NCBI GenBank assembly: GCA_964642015.1
Contig: CAZXLF010000001.1
Span: forward strand, 368,168-432,167
DNA: 64,000 nt
Direction of reading: 5' to 3'
Origin: an uncultured Planctomycetia bacterium
Lineage (GTDB): Bacteria > Omnitrophota > Gorgyraeia > 2-02-FULL-51-18
Below, piece by piece: positions 38,219 to 48,163 of the stretch (positions are counted from its first letter, which is position 1; each line of letters starts with the position of its first letter). Below the pieces are notes generated by a model, which saw only the letters and a list, made by a program, of their open reading frames with translations, had not been told where the DNA came from and searched no databases. The position numbers and the translations under genes were made by a program.

Positions 38219-39630
38219 CACAATCTTTGAAAGAGAGGATCGCCAGTCTGCCTGACCGGCCGGGCGTTTATCTTTTCAAGAATCGCGATAAAGTCGCGGT
38301 CTATATCGGAAAGGCACTTTCATTAAAAAAAAGGGTGGTCTCTCATTTTAGATATTTCGGCGAGCGTTTTTCCAGGGAAGGGCGCATGCTCGGCGAAGTG
38401 GCGACCATTGATTTTATTGAAACACCGTCCGAAGAAGAAGCGCTTCTGCTCGAAGCCTCGCTCGTCAAAGAAAATCTCCCTAAGTATAATCAGCAGCTTA
38501 AGGATGATAAAAGTTATCCTTTCTTGAAGATCACGGACGAAGAATTTCCTAGACTGCTTGTTGTTCGCGGCAGAAAACCGGACGGCGGTAAATATTTTGG
38601 GCCCTATACAAGCGCAAAACTATTGAGGCAGGCCGTTTCGATGCTTCGCCGTATTTTTCCGATGCGCACTTGTAATCCGATGCCGGAAAAGGTGTGTCTG
38701 ATGTACTATATCCGCCAATGCCATGGGCCGTGTATCAAAGAGATAGACCCGATCCAGTATGGACGGATCGTCAGGGAACTTGAGCTTTTTTTGAATGGCC
38801 GAAGGGATATTCTGGTAAAAAGTTTGCTCAAGCGTATGAAAGAGCATTCCGCCAGGCGCGAATACGAACAGGCTCAAAGTATTTTTGGAGAGATCAAAGC
38901 ATTGTCGGCGGTGCCGAAATCTGCTCCCGAAACCAGCGGAGACGCAAATCCTGTCAAGATGCTCCGTGATGCGCTGTCGCTGCCGCGCCTTCCGATTCGG
39001 ATGGAAGGTTTTGATATTTCGAATATTTCAGGGAAAGAGGCGGTCGGTTCTATGGTTGTATTTCATGATGCGAAGCCACTGCGAAGCGCTTACAGGCGCT
39101 TTCGTATCAAAACGGTCAAAGGCATTGATGATTACGAGATGATGCGCGAAGTGATCAGTCGCCGTTACACCCGATTGCTTAATGAAAAAGAAACGATGCC
39201 CGATCTCGTTGTGATCGACGGCGGAAAAGGCCATCTTGGTGCGGCAAAATCAGTTTTGGATTCCTTGAATCTGGGCGATCTTCCTATTATATCGATTGCC
39301 AAACAGCACGAATATCTTTTTACGCCTGAACGGGACAGACCGCATATTTTGTCGCCTGCTTCTCCGGCTTTGCAGATGATACAGCATTTGAGAGACGAGG
39401 CGCATCGTTTCGCGATCACGTATCATCGCAAGCTTCATAAAAAGGAAGCGCTTGTTTCCCGATTTGACAGGATACCTGGAGTCGGACCAAAAACGAAAGC
39501 AAAAATTTTCAGAAAATTTGGTACAATATCGAAGATAAGGACTTTATCTGAAAACGATCTAGTGATAAAATTAGGACTGAGCGAAAAGATCGCCAGAGAA
39601 ATCCTGAGGACAGTCAAAGAGGGGATATGA
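38206..39630 (+). CDS. uvrC: excinuclease ABC subunit C (compact)
   Basis: GIY-YIG (PGVYLFKN…VYIGKA), a UVR motif (EYEQAQSIFGEIKAL), an RNase H-like endonuclease region, and a C-terminal HhH (IPGVGPKTKAKIF). The ATG at 38206 overlaps the murJ end by 13 nt. About 474 aa, against about 600 for E. coli UvrC. Confidence 0.8.
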   Translation: MASLTQSLKERIASLPDRPGVYLFKNRDKVAVYIGKALSLKKRVVSHFRYFGERFSREGRMLGEVATIDFIETPSEEEALLLEASLVKENLPKYNQQLKDDKSYPFLKITDEEFPRLLVVRGRKPDGGKYFGPYTSAKLLRQAVSMLRRIFPMRTCNPMPEKVCLMYYIRQCHGPCIKEIDPIQYGRIVRELELFLNGRRDILVKSLLKRMKEHSARREYEQAQSIFGEIKALSAVPKSAPETSGDANPVKMLRDALSLPRLPIRMEGFDISNISGKEAVGSMVVFHDAKPLRSAYRRFRIKTVKGIDDYEMMREVISRRYTRLLNEKETMPDLVVIDGGKGHLGAAKSVLDSLNLGDLPIISIAKQHEYLFTPERDRPHILSPASPALQMIQHLRDEAHRFAITYHRKLHKKEALVSRFDRIPGVGPKTKAKIFRKFGTISKIRTLSENDLVIKLGLSEKIAREILRTVKEGI

Positions 39631-39631
39631 G

Positions 39632-41179
39632 ATGAAACGTGCGACGAAACCAAGTTCAAAAGCGATTTTGGCAGGCGCGTTTTTACTTTTAACAATTTCT
39701 TCGGCTGCCGCAGAAGGGGATAAATCGCTCAAGATGCTTCAAGAAACTGTTGCCGTCAAACCCGAGGATAGCGACGCGCATTATAATCTGGCCAACGGTC
39801 TTTTGAACCGCGGTTATTTGGATCAAGCGATCGAAGAGTATCGCCAGACAATCCGATTGAATCCTAATGACGCGGATGCCCATAATAATTTAGGCGTCAT
39901 TTTTTATCAAAGAGGTTCTTTAGATGACGCGGCTGAACAGCTGAATGAAGCGGTCAAATTGAATCCGGATTCGTCCGCCGCTCATACAAATCTCGGTAAC
40001 GTGCTCTATGCAAAAGGCCAGGTCGATGAGGCGGTTAGGGAATATAAAAAGGCGCTCAAGATCCAACCGAAGAATTCAGAAGCCAAGGATAATTTGGATC
40101 AGATCACCGAAGAGCGAAAATCATCGATCCGTAAAGTGGATCAAGGTAAAAAAAGAAGAGAGGTTCAGGAAGCCAAAAAAGCCAAAGCATTGGAAAAGGC
40201 TGAAAAGGACAAAAAATTAGCAGAAGAAAAACAGCGTAAAAAAGAAGAGGCTGAGCTTGCTAAAAAAGCCAAAAAAGAACAGGAAGAAAAGAAAAAAGAA
40301 GAGCGTAAGCAGGCGAAATTAGCGGAAAAAGCCAAGAGAGAGGAAGACGCCCGATTACGCAAAGAAGCTAAAAAATTGGCTGATCAAAAAGCGCAGGAAG
40401 CCAGAGAACAGCGGGCTGAAGATATAAGGAAGGCGAGGGAAGAGAAGGTGCGTGAAGAAGCCGAGCATATGAGCAAGAAAAAAGCGGAAGAGGAAGCCGC
40501 TACGTTTGAGGCAGAACGAGCGGCCGAGTCTAAAAAAGCCCAGGCAGCGCAAGAGGAAGAAAGCAGGAAGGCTGAGGAAGCCAAAAAAATAGAGCAGACA
40601 AAAGCCGAACAACCCGAAGCGCAAGTACAGTCTGAGATCTCAAAAAAAGCGGAGGCGACCGAGGCGCCGCAAGTCGAAGAAAAAAAAGCCGAAGAACCTC
40701 AAGCGCCGACAAATGCCGAGGAGGCTAAAGTTGGGCAGACAAAAGCATCGCCGCAGGATGAAACGTCGCGGAAGGCCCGCGAGGCCCAGGAAGCGCGAAA
40801 TGCAGAAGCTGGCGAGCGATATAAACAAGGTTTGACGTTTTACAATGAAGGCCGTTCAGAAGATGCGATAAGGAAATATAAGGAAGCCCTGATCATTAAA
40901 CCGGACTATATTGACGCTCATTATAGTTTGGGCATTGCGTATGATGAACAAGGAAATCTGAGTGACGCGATACGTGAGTATCAAAAATTTTTGAGATTAG
41001 CTCCGGGGAACGTGGACGTGATGTACGATCTCGGCCTGGCGCTGTACCATAAAAAAGATTCTCACCGGGCCGTAGCTGTTTTGACCCGTTTTATTGATAC
41101 CGCCCCCGCTGATTACGCGAAAAAGATCGAGCTATCTAAGAACATCATCAATGAACTCTCATTGAACCAGAATAGATGA
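39632..41179 (+). CDS. secreted TPR protein with long K/E/A-rich single-helix spacer (TolA-domain-II-like)
   Basis: Signal peptide, three or four N-terminal TPRs, then about 230 aa of EK/AK-rich low complexity (nt 40130-40810 approx), then C-terminal TPRs. Confidence 0.6.
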   Translation: MKRATKPSSKAILAGAFLLLTISSAAAEGDKSLKMLQETVAVKPEDSDAHYNLANGLLNRGYLDQAIEEYRQTIRLNPNDADAHNNLGVIFYQRGSLDDAAEQLNEAVKLNPDSSAAHTNLGNVLYAKGQVDEAVREYKKALKIQPKNSEAKDNLDQITEERKSSIRKVDQGKKRREVQEAKKAKALEKAEKDKKLAEEKQRKKEEAELAKKAKKEQEEKKKEERKQAKLAEKAKREEDARLRKEAKKLADQKAQEAREQRAEDIRKAREEKVREEAEHMSKKKAEEEAATFEAERAAESKKAQAAQEEESRKAEEAKKIEQTKAEQPEAQVQSEISKKAEATEAPQVEEKKAEEPQAPTNAEEAKVGQTKASPQDETSRKAREAQEARNAEAGERYKQGLTFYNEGRSEDAIRKYKEALIIKPDYIDAHYSLGIAYDEQGNLSDAIREYQKFLRLAPGNVDVMYDLGLALYHKKDSHRAVAVLTRFIDTAPADYAKKIELSKNIINELSLNQNR

Positions 41180-41259
41180 AATCAGGATTTTTGTATCTTC
41201 CTACGCGAATTCAATGTTAGAATCTACCCTTTATTAAAATTCAGAGGAATCAAAACCTG

Positions 41260-42358
41260 ATGAAAAAAGAATTGTTGGAAAAAGTAAAGGCTTCTGCGGA
41301 ACGATTGGATGCCTTAGGGAGGTTTCTTTGATGTTCCGAAAATGCAAGCCAGGATCGAGGAACTTGAAAAAGAGATTTCAAGCCCCGATTTTTGGGCGAA
41401 TCCTGAAATTAAAAATTCCGTCATCCAAGAGCTCAAAAAGCTGAAAAGTCAGTCGGGCCCATACCTTGTGTTGCAGAAAGAGCAGCATGACGTCGAAGGC
41501 TTGCTGGATATTGTGGAGGATGCTGATTCCGACGGTTTAAAGCATCTTGAAGAAGAGATCGAGAAACTGGCCAAAAAGATAGAGCTTCTTGAATTTCAAA
41601 AGCTTTTGAGCGGGCCGAACGACAGGAACAGCGCGATCTTAAGTATTAACGCCGGAGCGGGAGGCACTGAGTCTTGCGATTGGGCCTCGATGTTACTTAG
41701 GATGTATCACCGCTGGTCAGAAGACCAAGGCTACAAGGTCGAAATGATCGATGCGCTTGCAGGCGAGGAAGCCGGGATTAAGAATACGACCGTGCTAATC
41801 GAAGGGGACTTTGCTTACGGTTATTTGAAAGCAGAGAATGGTGTTCACCGGTTAGTGCGCATTTCGCCGTTTGATGCGAATAAACGACGGCACACCTCTT
41901 TTGCTTCGGTGGAAGTGATCCCTGAGGTGGAGGATGATATTAAGATAGAGATAAAAGATCAGGATGTCCGGGTCGATGTGTTCCGATCAGGCGGCAAAGG
42001 CGGACAGGGCGTCAACACGACGGATTCGGCAGTAAGGATCACACATATTTCTTCGGGGATCGTGGTTCAGTGCCAAAATGAAAGATCGCAGATCAAGAAC
42101 AAGGCTACGGCAATGAAAGTGCTGAAAAGCCGCTTGTATGAAAGAGAAATGAATAAGAGGCAGGAATCCCAGCAAAATAGCTATAACCAGAAGCAAGAGA
42201 TCGCCTGGGGCAGTCAGATCCGTTCCTACGTGTTGCATCCTTATAATATGGTCAAAGATCACCGGACGAATTGCGAAACCTCGAACGCGACCGGTGTTCT
42301 CAACGGCGACATCACCGAATTTTTGGAAGCTTATTTGAAACAGCAGAAAAATGATTAA
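41260..42358 (+). CDS. prfB: peptide chain release factor 2, expressed via programmed +1 ribosomal frameshift
   Basis: Frame 0 runs ATG (41260)…AGG GAG G TTT CTT TGA (stop at 41329-41331), with an internal SD-like AGGGAGG upstream of CTT-U-GA. The +1 frame continues GAT GTT CCG AAA ATG CAA… into the 338-aa RF2 body, which carries the SPF and GGQ motifs. Confidence 0.9.
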
Positions 42359-44942
42359 TTGGATCTTATCTAAAACGATCGGCACACAGAACGACCGCAT
42401 GCTCAGGCGTTTTACACCCGTTGTTCAAAAGATCAATGCGCTTGAGCCGGAAATATCCAGACTGAGCGATCCCGAGTTACAAGCAAAAACGAATATTTTT
42501 AGAGAACGCATCAGTAAAGGCGAGACGCTTGATAACTTACTTCCTGAGGCGTTCGCCGTCGTGCGTGAAGCAGGTCGCCGTGTTCTCAAAATGAGACATT
42601 TTGACGTTCAGCTTATTGGCGGCATGGCACTTCATTCAGGCAAGATCGCCGAAATGGCTACCGGCGAAGGAAAGACGCTCGTTGCGACACTGGCAGTTTA
42701 TTTGAATGCGTTGACAGGAAAAGGTGTGCATGTCATTACAGTGAATGATTACCTCGCCAAGCGCGATCGGGAGTGGATGGGTCCGATCTATGAATTTCTG
42801 GGATTGACGATCGGTGTGATCCAGCACAACTCTTCTCAAGAAGAACGCCAAAGAGCCTACCGAAGTGACATTACTTACGGTACGAATAATGAATTCGGGT
42901 TCGATTATCTAAGAGACAACATGGTGCGCCATGTCAGCCAACGGGTGCAGCGCCCGCTTCATTATGCGATCGTCGACGAAGTTGACAGCATTTTGGTCGA
43001 TGAAGCAAGGACACCGCTTATCATCTCGGGTCCCAGCGAAGAATCGACCGACAAATATGTTCGTATCGATAAAATCATTCCGAGTCTAAAGAAAGATGAA
43101 GATTATCAGATCGAGGAAAAAACCAGGACCGTTGCATTGACGGACAAAGGAAATAAGAAGGCGGAAGACGCGCTTGGCGTCGAGAATCTTTATGATCCGA
43201 CGAATGTTGAACTTGTGCACCATGTGAACCAAGCGCTCAGGGCGCATGCATTATTCAAAAAAGACGTCGATTATGTCGTTAAAGACAATGAAGTCATTAT
43301 TGTGGACGAATTCACCGGACGTTTGATGCCAGGCCGGCGCTATTCCGACGGCCTTCATCAAGCGCTTGAAGCAAAAGAAGAAGTGAAGGTCGAAGAAGAA
43401 AACCAGACTTTGGCGACGGTGACGTTCCAGAATTATTTTAGGATGTATGAGAAGTTAAGCGGTATGACCGGCACCGCTTTGACCGAAGCGCAGGAATTTC
43501 ATGAAATTTATAAACTCGGAGTTCTTGTGATTCCCACTAATAGGCCGTTGTCTCGGCAAAATTATGCCGACCAGATATACCGGACCGAAAGCGAAAAATT
43601 CAATGCCGTTGTGAACGAGATCGCCGCTTTGCATGTGAAAGGCAGACCCGTGCTTGTCGGCACAGTCTCGATAGAAAAATCGGAGCATTTAAGCTCGCTT
43701 CTTAAAAAGCGCCATGTTTTGCACAATGTTTTGAATGCTAAATATCATGAAATGGAAGCCGAGATCATCAAACAAGCGGGTCAGAAAAGCGCCGTGACGA
43801 TCGCGACGAACATGGCCGGCCGCGGAACAGACATCGTTCTTGGCGATGGCGTAAAGGATCTCGGCGGTCTGCACGTGATCGGTACTGAGCGGCATGAAGC
43901 CAGACGCATTGATAATCAGTTGCGCGGACGCTCAGGCCGTCAAGGCGATCCGGGATCGTCAAGGTTTTATCTATCATTGGAAGATGATTTGATGAGAATA
44001 TTCGGCTCCGAAAGGATTTCGGGTTTGATGCAGCGCCTGGGCATGGAAGAAGGCCAGGAGATCGAGCACCCGTTTATCACAAAGGCGGTTGAAAATGCGC
44101 AGAAACGTGTCGAAGGGCGGAATTTTGAAATCCGAAAACAATTGCTGGAATATGACAATGTCATGAATCGCCAACGCGAGGTTATTTATGAGGAACGCCG
44201 CAAGGTGCTCGAAGGCGAGAATTTGAGGGAACATTTTTTCGGGATGATCGAGGAGGTGGTCGATGAGATCGCGGCTGGCTATTCTCCGAGCCATGAGGAT
44301 GGTTTTAAAGGTCTGTCGGAGAGGGTCAGGAAAATTTTCCCGATTCATTTGGATGGATTAGAGGAGAGCGCAGGAGATATCTTGGTTGAGGAGCTGATCA
44401 AAAGAGCCAAGACGGCTTATGAGGCCAAAGAAAAAGAAGTCGGCGAAGAACCGCTAAGACATCTTGAACGTATGATCTTATTGGACGTGGTGGATTCTAA
44501 ATGGAAAGATCATCTGAGGAATACGGACAATCTGCGGGAAGGGATCGGTCTGAGAGCCTATGGACAAAAGGACCCTCTGGTTGAATATCGTCGTGAAGCC
44601 TTCGAAGCATTTCAAGAGATGATCTACGCGATCAAAGAAGATTCACTCCAGTTTATTTTCCGAGTACAACCAGTGATGCCTGAAAAAGTGGCTCAAATAC
44701 AAGCGAAAAAAGCGGTGCCGATGAATTTTATCCATCCCGATCCGGAAAAAATAAAACCTGCGGCACTTTCTCCTGAACCGGTAACCGACGACACCGAGAA
44801 TGGCCGCATGAACGGTATGGAACTGCCTTTGGGCCATACCCCCAAACCTCAAGCGACAGTCCACGCTGAAAATAAGGTTGGTCGCAACGACCCTTGTCCC
44901 TGCGGGAGCGGCAAAAAGTATAAGAAGTGCCATGGTCAATAG
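42351..44942 (+). CDS. secA: preprotein translocase ATPase SecA
   Basis: DEAD-like motor motifs ([19 protein letters not shown]). The C-terminal zinc finger [14 protein letters not shown] is present. Confidence 0.97.
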   Translation: MINWILSKTIGTQNDRMLRRFTPVVQKINALEPEISRLSDPELQAKTNIFRERISKGETLDNLLPEAFAVVREAGRRVLKMRHFDVQLIGGMALHSGKIAEMATGEGKTLVATLAVYLNALTGKGVHVITVNDYLAKRDREWMGPIYEFLGLTIGVIQHNSSQEERQRAYRSDITYGTNNEFGFDYLRDNMVRHVSQRVQRPLHYAIVDEVDSILVDEARTPLIISGPSEESTDKYVRIDKIIPSLKKDEDYQIEEKTRTVALTDKGNKKAEDALGVENLYDPTNVELVHHVNQALRAHALFKKDVDYVVKDNEVIIVDEFTGRLMPGRRYSDGLHQALEAKEEVKVEEENQTLATVTFQNYFRMYEKLSGMTGTALTEAQEFHEIYKLGVLVIPTNRPLSRQNYADQIYRTESEKFNAVVNEIAALHVKGRPVLVGTVSIEKSEHLSSLLKKRHVLHNVLNAKYHEMEAEIIKQAGQKSAVTIATNMAGRGTDIVLGDGVKDLGGLHVIGTERHEARRIDNQLRGRSGRQGDPGSSRFYLSLEDDLMRIFGSERISGLMQRLGMEEGQEIEHPFITKAVENAQKRVEGRNFEIRKQLLEYDNVMNRQREVIYEERRKVLEGENLREHFFGMIEEVVDEIAAGYSPSHEDGFKGLSERVRKIFPIHLDGLEESAGDILVEELIKRAKTAYEAKEKEVGEEPLRHLERMILLDVVDSKWKDHLRNTDNLREGIGLRAYGQKDPLVEYRREAFEAFQEMIYAIKEDSLQFIFRVQPVMPEKVAQIQAKKAVPMNFIHPDPEKIKPAALSPEPVTDDTENGRMNGMELPLGHTPKPQATVHAENKVGRNDPCPCGSGKKYKKCHGQ

Positions 44943-44964
44943 GGCATCGCTTGACTGACAATCG

Positions 44965-46581
44965 ATGCTGCGCCGATTAAAAAACTTACTATTTACCGCT
45001 ATTTCCGCAGTTCTTTTGACGCTTCCGTATCATTTTCCCAGTCTGGGGTTTACTGCCTTTTTTGCTTTTATTCCTTTTTTCTTTGTGCTTGATTCCAAAG
45101 CTTCTGCGTTCAAGTATTCTTACGTCTTCGGTTTTTTGTTTTTTAGTTTATCCGGCTATTGGCTGACGAACGTGAATGTGTTGGGTTATGTGCTTTTGGC
45201 TATGTACCTGGCGATTTATTTTGTTTTTTTTAGTCTGTTCGCCGCTAAATTTATTGATCCCCCCGCTGATTTTAACAAGACCAATATGGCGTTTTTGGTC
45301 AAGGCCTCGTTTTATTTGCCTGCTTTCTGGGTCGCGATGGAGATGTTGCGCGCATGGGCGATAGGCGGTTTACCGTGGGCACTTTTAGGATACAGTCAAT
45401 GGAAAAACATCGTCTTCATCCAGATCGCTGATATCACCAGTGTTTATGGTGTCTCATTCTTCGTTATGGCCGTTAATATCATTCTGTTTCAGATCTTCCG
45501 CATAGTTTTGATGAAAAATGATCAGCTGGCGTTCAGAGGCGTCTCGCCAGACAGGCGTAGAAAGATTGCGGTCCTGCTTGCTGAAGTACTTTTGGGTCTT
45601 TTTTTTGTGGTCTGCGGATATGGAATATGGACTCTAAAGTCGTGGGAAGCTTTTTATTCGTCGCCGGCCCAGAAAGCAATGATACGGATCTCGGTGCTTC
45701 AGGGGAATATCCCGCAGGATGAAAAATGGGACGCGAAGATAAAAAATATCATTTTTGAAAAATACAAACGATTGACACTGATGAGCGCTATTGAGAAATC
45801 AGATCTGATCGTTTGGCCTGAAACATCATTCCCGGGGTATTTAGAAGATGAAGCGGCGATGGCGGCTCAGTTAAGGAATGTGGTTCGCGAATCTAAGACG
45901 AACGTGCTTGTCGGCGCGCCGACTTTCGGCGACCTTGAAAAGGGATTACGTTTTTATAACAGTGCGGTTTTGTACGGCGCTGATGGCGAAGAGAAAAAAA
46001 GGTACAGCAAGTTGCACCTGGTCCCTTTCGGTGAATACGTGCCTTTTGAGCCATTCACCAGTTTTATCAGGAATTTTGTACAGATAGGACATTTTACGGC
46101 CGGTACTGAAAAAACGATCTTCACGATCAATACGCGCTATCAAGACCCGAATATCAAAGCAAAATTCGCCACACTTATCTGCTATGAAGATATTTTTCCC
46201 GGGCTCGTGAGAGATTTTTGTAAAGGCGGAGCCGATTTCCTGATCAATATGACTAACGATGCATGGTTCGGAAAAACATCAGCACCTTATCAACATGCTG
46301 AAGCGTCTGTCTTTCGCGCGGTGGAAAATAGAGTGAACGTCGTGCGAGCCACCAATACCGGATTTTCCTGTTTTATTTCTCCCGAGGGGAAGGTGCTGGG
46401 TTCAGTAAAAGAGAATGGTGAAGAGATCTTTGTGACTGGTCACAAAGCTTGCGAGCTTATCCTGAGAAAAGGGAGGAGTTTTTACACCCGCTTCGGCGAT
46501 GTTTTTGCGTTTTTTTGCATCCTCCTATGTTTTGTGGCCTATAAAGACCTGTCCAAACACAGGACCTACGCCAGACTTTAA
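44965..46581 (+). CDS. lnt: apolipoprotein N-acyltransferase
   Basis: Multi-TM N-terminal region and a CN-hydrolase domain (…ICYEDIFP…). Confidence 0.9.
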   Translation: MLRRLKNLLFTAISAVLLTLPYHFPSLGFTAFFAFIPFFFVLDSKASAFKYSYVFGFLFFSLSGYWLTNVNVLGYVLLAMYLAIYFVFFSLFAAKFIDPPADFNKTNMAFLVKASFYLPAFWVAMEMLRAWAIGGLPWALLGYSQWKNIVFIQIADITSVYGVSFFVMAVNIILFQIFRIVLMKNDQLAFRGVSPDRRRKIAVLLAEVLLGLFFVVCGYGIWTLKSWEAFYSSPAQKAMIRISVLQGNIPQDEKWDAKIKNIIFEKYKRLTLMSAIEKSDLIVWPETSFPGYLEDEAAMAAQLRNVVRESKTNVLVGAPTFGDLEKGLRFYNSAVLYGADGEEKKRYSKLHLVPFGEYVPFEPFTSFIRNFVQIGHFTAGTEKTIFTINTRYQDPNIKAKFATLICYEDIFPGLVRDFCKGGADFLINMTNDAWFGKTSAPYQHAEASVFRAVENRVNVVRATNTGFSCFISPEGKVLGSVKENGEEIFVTGHKACELILRKGRSFYTRFGDVFAFFCILLCFVAYKDLSKHRTYARL

Positions 46582-46611
46582 GCAATCTAAGTAAGTTTTA
46601 GTTCTGTTTGA

Positions 46612-46640
46612 TTGACTTCCCCCATGCCAGCCGATATAAT
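46612..46640 (+). promoter_or_regulatory. near-consensus sigma70 promoter (TTGACT-17-TATAAT) for lysS
   Basis: Read directly, about 55 nt upstream of the lysS ATG. Confidence 0.6.
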
Positions 46641-46696
46641 GACGACTTAATATAATTTCCTAACAATACTGAAATAAATAGGTTACGAAGGGTTGC

Positions 46697-48163
46697 ATGC
46701 ACGAGATCAATGAGTTGATTAAAGAGCGCTTTAAAAAGCTCGAATCTATTAAAACAATGGGTGTTGACCCTTTTGGCGGCAGGTTCGCCAAGGAAGTGCC
46801 TATTTCTGAGCTTGTCAAAGGGTTCGAAGATCATCGGCAAGTAGTGACGGCCGGAAGATTGTCCGCAATACGTCTGATGGGCAAGACAACTTTCTGCGAC
46901 TTGAAAGATGACAGCGGTCTGGTACAGCTATACATTAAAGAAGCCAATCTAGACGCGGAACAATTCCGGCTATTTCAAAGTCTCGATATTGGTGACATTA
47001 TCGGAGTGGAGGGAGAATTTTTTAAAACAAAGACAGGGGAGATTTCCATCCGTGTGCATCGGCTTTGCCTTTTGTCGAAAAGTCTGAGGTCCATGCCGGA
47101 AAAATGGCACGGTCTAAAAGATGTCGAAATCCGTTATCGGCAGCGGTATCTTGACCTGATTTCGAATGACCAGACCAAAGAGATCTTCAAAAAACGCTCA
47201 TTGATCATTCGTTCCATTCGGCGAGTGCTGGATGATAGCGGATACCTGGAGGTTGAGACGCCAATGATGCATCCGATACCGGGCGGTGCGGCCGGCAAGC
47301 CTTTTAAGACGCATCACGAGGCGCTTGGCATCAATCTGTATCTGCGGGTCGCTCCGGAACTTTACTTGAAAAAATTATTAGTAGGCGGTTTCGAAAAAGT
47401 TTACGAGATCAACAAAAGCTTTAGGAACGAAGGTATTTCGACGCGGCATAATCCTGAATTCACGATGCTCGAAGTTTATACGGCCTATCAAGACGTTAAT
47501 GACGTGATGGCATTGACTGAAAAGATCGTCAAAAAGGCGGCGCAGGATGTCGTGGGTTCTCAAGTCTTGACTTTTGAAGACTACACGCTTGACCTCCGTG
47601 AATGGCGGAGGGTTTCATTCGCTGATATTATGAAGGAAAAATTCGGCATATCCCCGGAAGATCCCGTATCAGTTTGGATCGAAAAACTGAAAAAGAGTGG
47701 CGTCAAAATTTCTGGAAAGGACCTTTCAAGATCGCAGCTCGTGAATCTCGTAGGAGAAATGCTAGAACCCGGCTCTGATTTTTCAAAAAAAGACAATAAG
47801 CCTGTGTTTGTTACCGATTATTTTACCGAGCTTTGTCCGCTGGCCAAGAAAAGCAAAAAAAACCCGTTTATTAGCGATCGTTTTGAGCTTTATATTGGTG
47901 GAATGGAGATCGCTAATGGTTACTCTGAGCTGAACGACCCTATCGAACAGCGTGAACGGCTCACGGAGGAATTGAGGGAAAAGGGCAAAGAGAGCACTTA
48001 TGACACGTTGGATGAGGATTTTTTGACCGCCTTGGAGTATGGCATGCCTCCGGCGGGCGGCCTTGGCATCGGAATAGACCGTTTGGTGATGGTGTTGACA
48101 CACCAGCCGTCGATACGTGAAGTTATTTTATTTCCTCAGATGAAACCGGAGAAAGATTCATGA
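46697..48163 (+). CDS. lysS: lysyl-tRNA synthetase (class II)
   Basis: N-terminal OB anticodon-binding domain and class II motifs 1-3 (…FRNEG…, …GGLGIGIDRLVM…). Confidence 0.95.
   Translation: MHEINELIKERFKKLESIKTMGVDPFGGRFAKEVPISELVKGFEDHRQVVTAGRLSAIRLMGKTTFCDLKDDSGLVQLYIKEANLDAEQFRLFQSLDIGDIIGVEGEFFKTKTGEISIRVHRLCLLSKSLRSMPEKWHGLKDVEIRYRQRYLDLISNDQTKEIFKKRSLIIRSIRRVLDDSGYLEVETPMMHPIPGGAAGKPFKTHHEALGINLYLRVAPELYLKKLLVGGFEKVYEINKSFRNEGISTRHNPEFTMLEVYTAYQDVNDVMALTEKIVKKAAQDVVGSQVLTFEDYTLDLREWRRVSFADIMKEKFGISPEDPVSVWIEKLKKSGVKISGKDLSRSQLVNLVGEMLEPGSDFSKKDNKPVFVTDYFTELCPLAKKSKKNPFISDRFELYIGGMEIANGYSELNDPIEQRERLTEELREKGKESTYDTLDEDFLTALEYGMPPAGGLGIGIDRLVMVLTHQPSIREVILFPQMKPEKDS

Noticed and set aside
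40165-40828. Cluster of antisense ORFs (65-89 aa, Leu/Ser/Phe-rich) opposite the K/E-rich gene
   Set aside because: They are mirror artefacts of the purine-rich low-complexity coding repeat on the + strand. They have no start context and the + strand frame has clear TPR flanks.
46582-46696. Possible riboswitch or T-box in the lysS leader
   Set aside because: The leader is only about 115 nt and is largely explained by a consensus promoter. No T-box specifier or antiterminator, and no L-box-like structure is evident.
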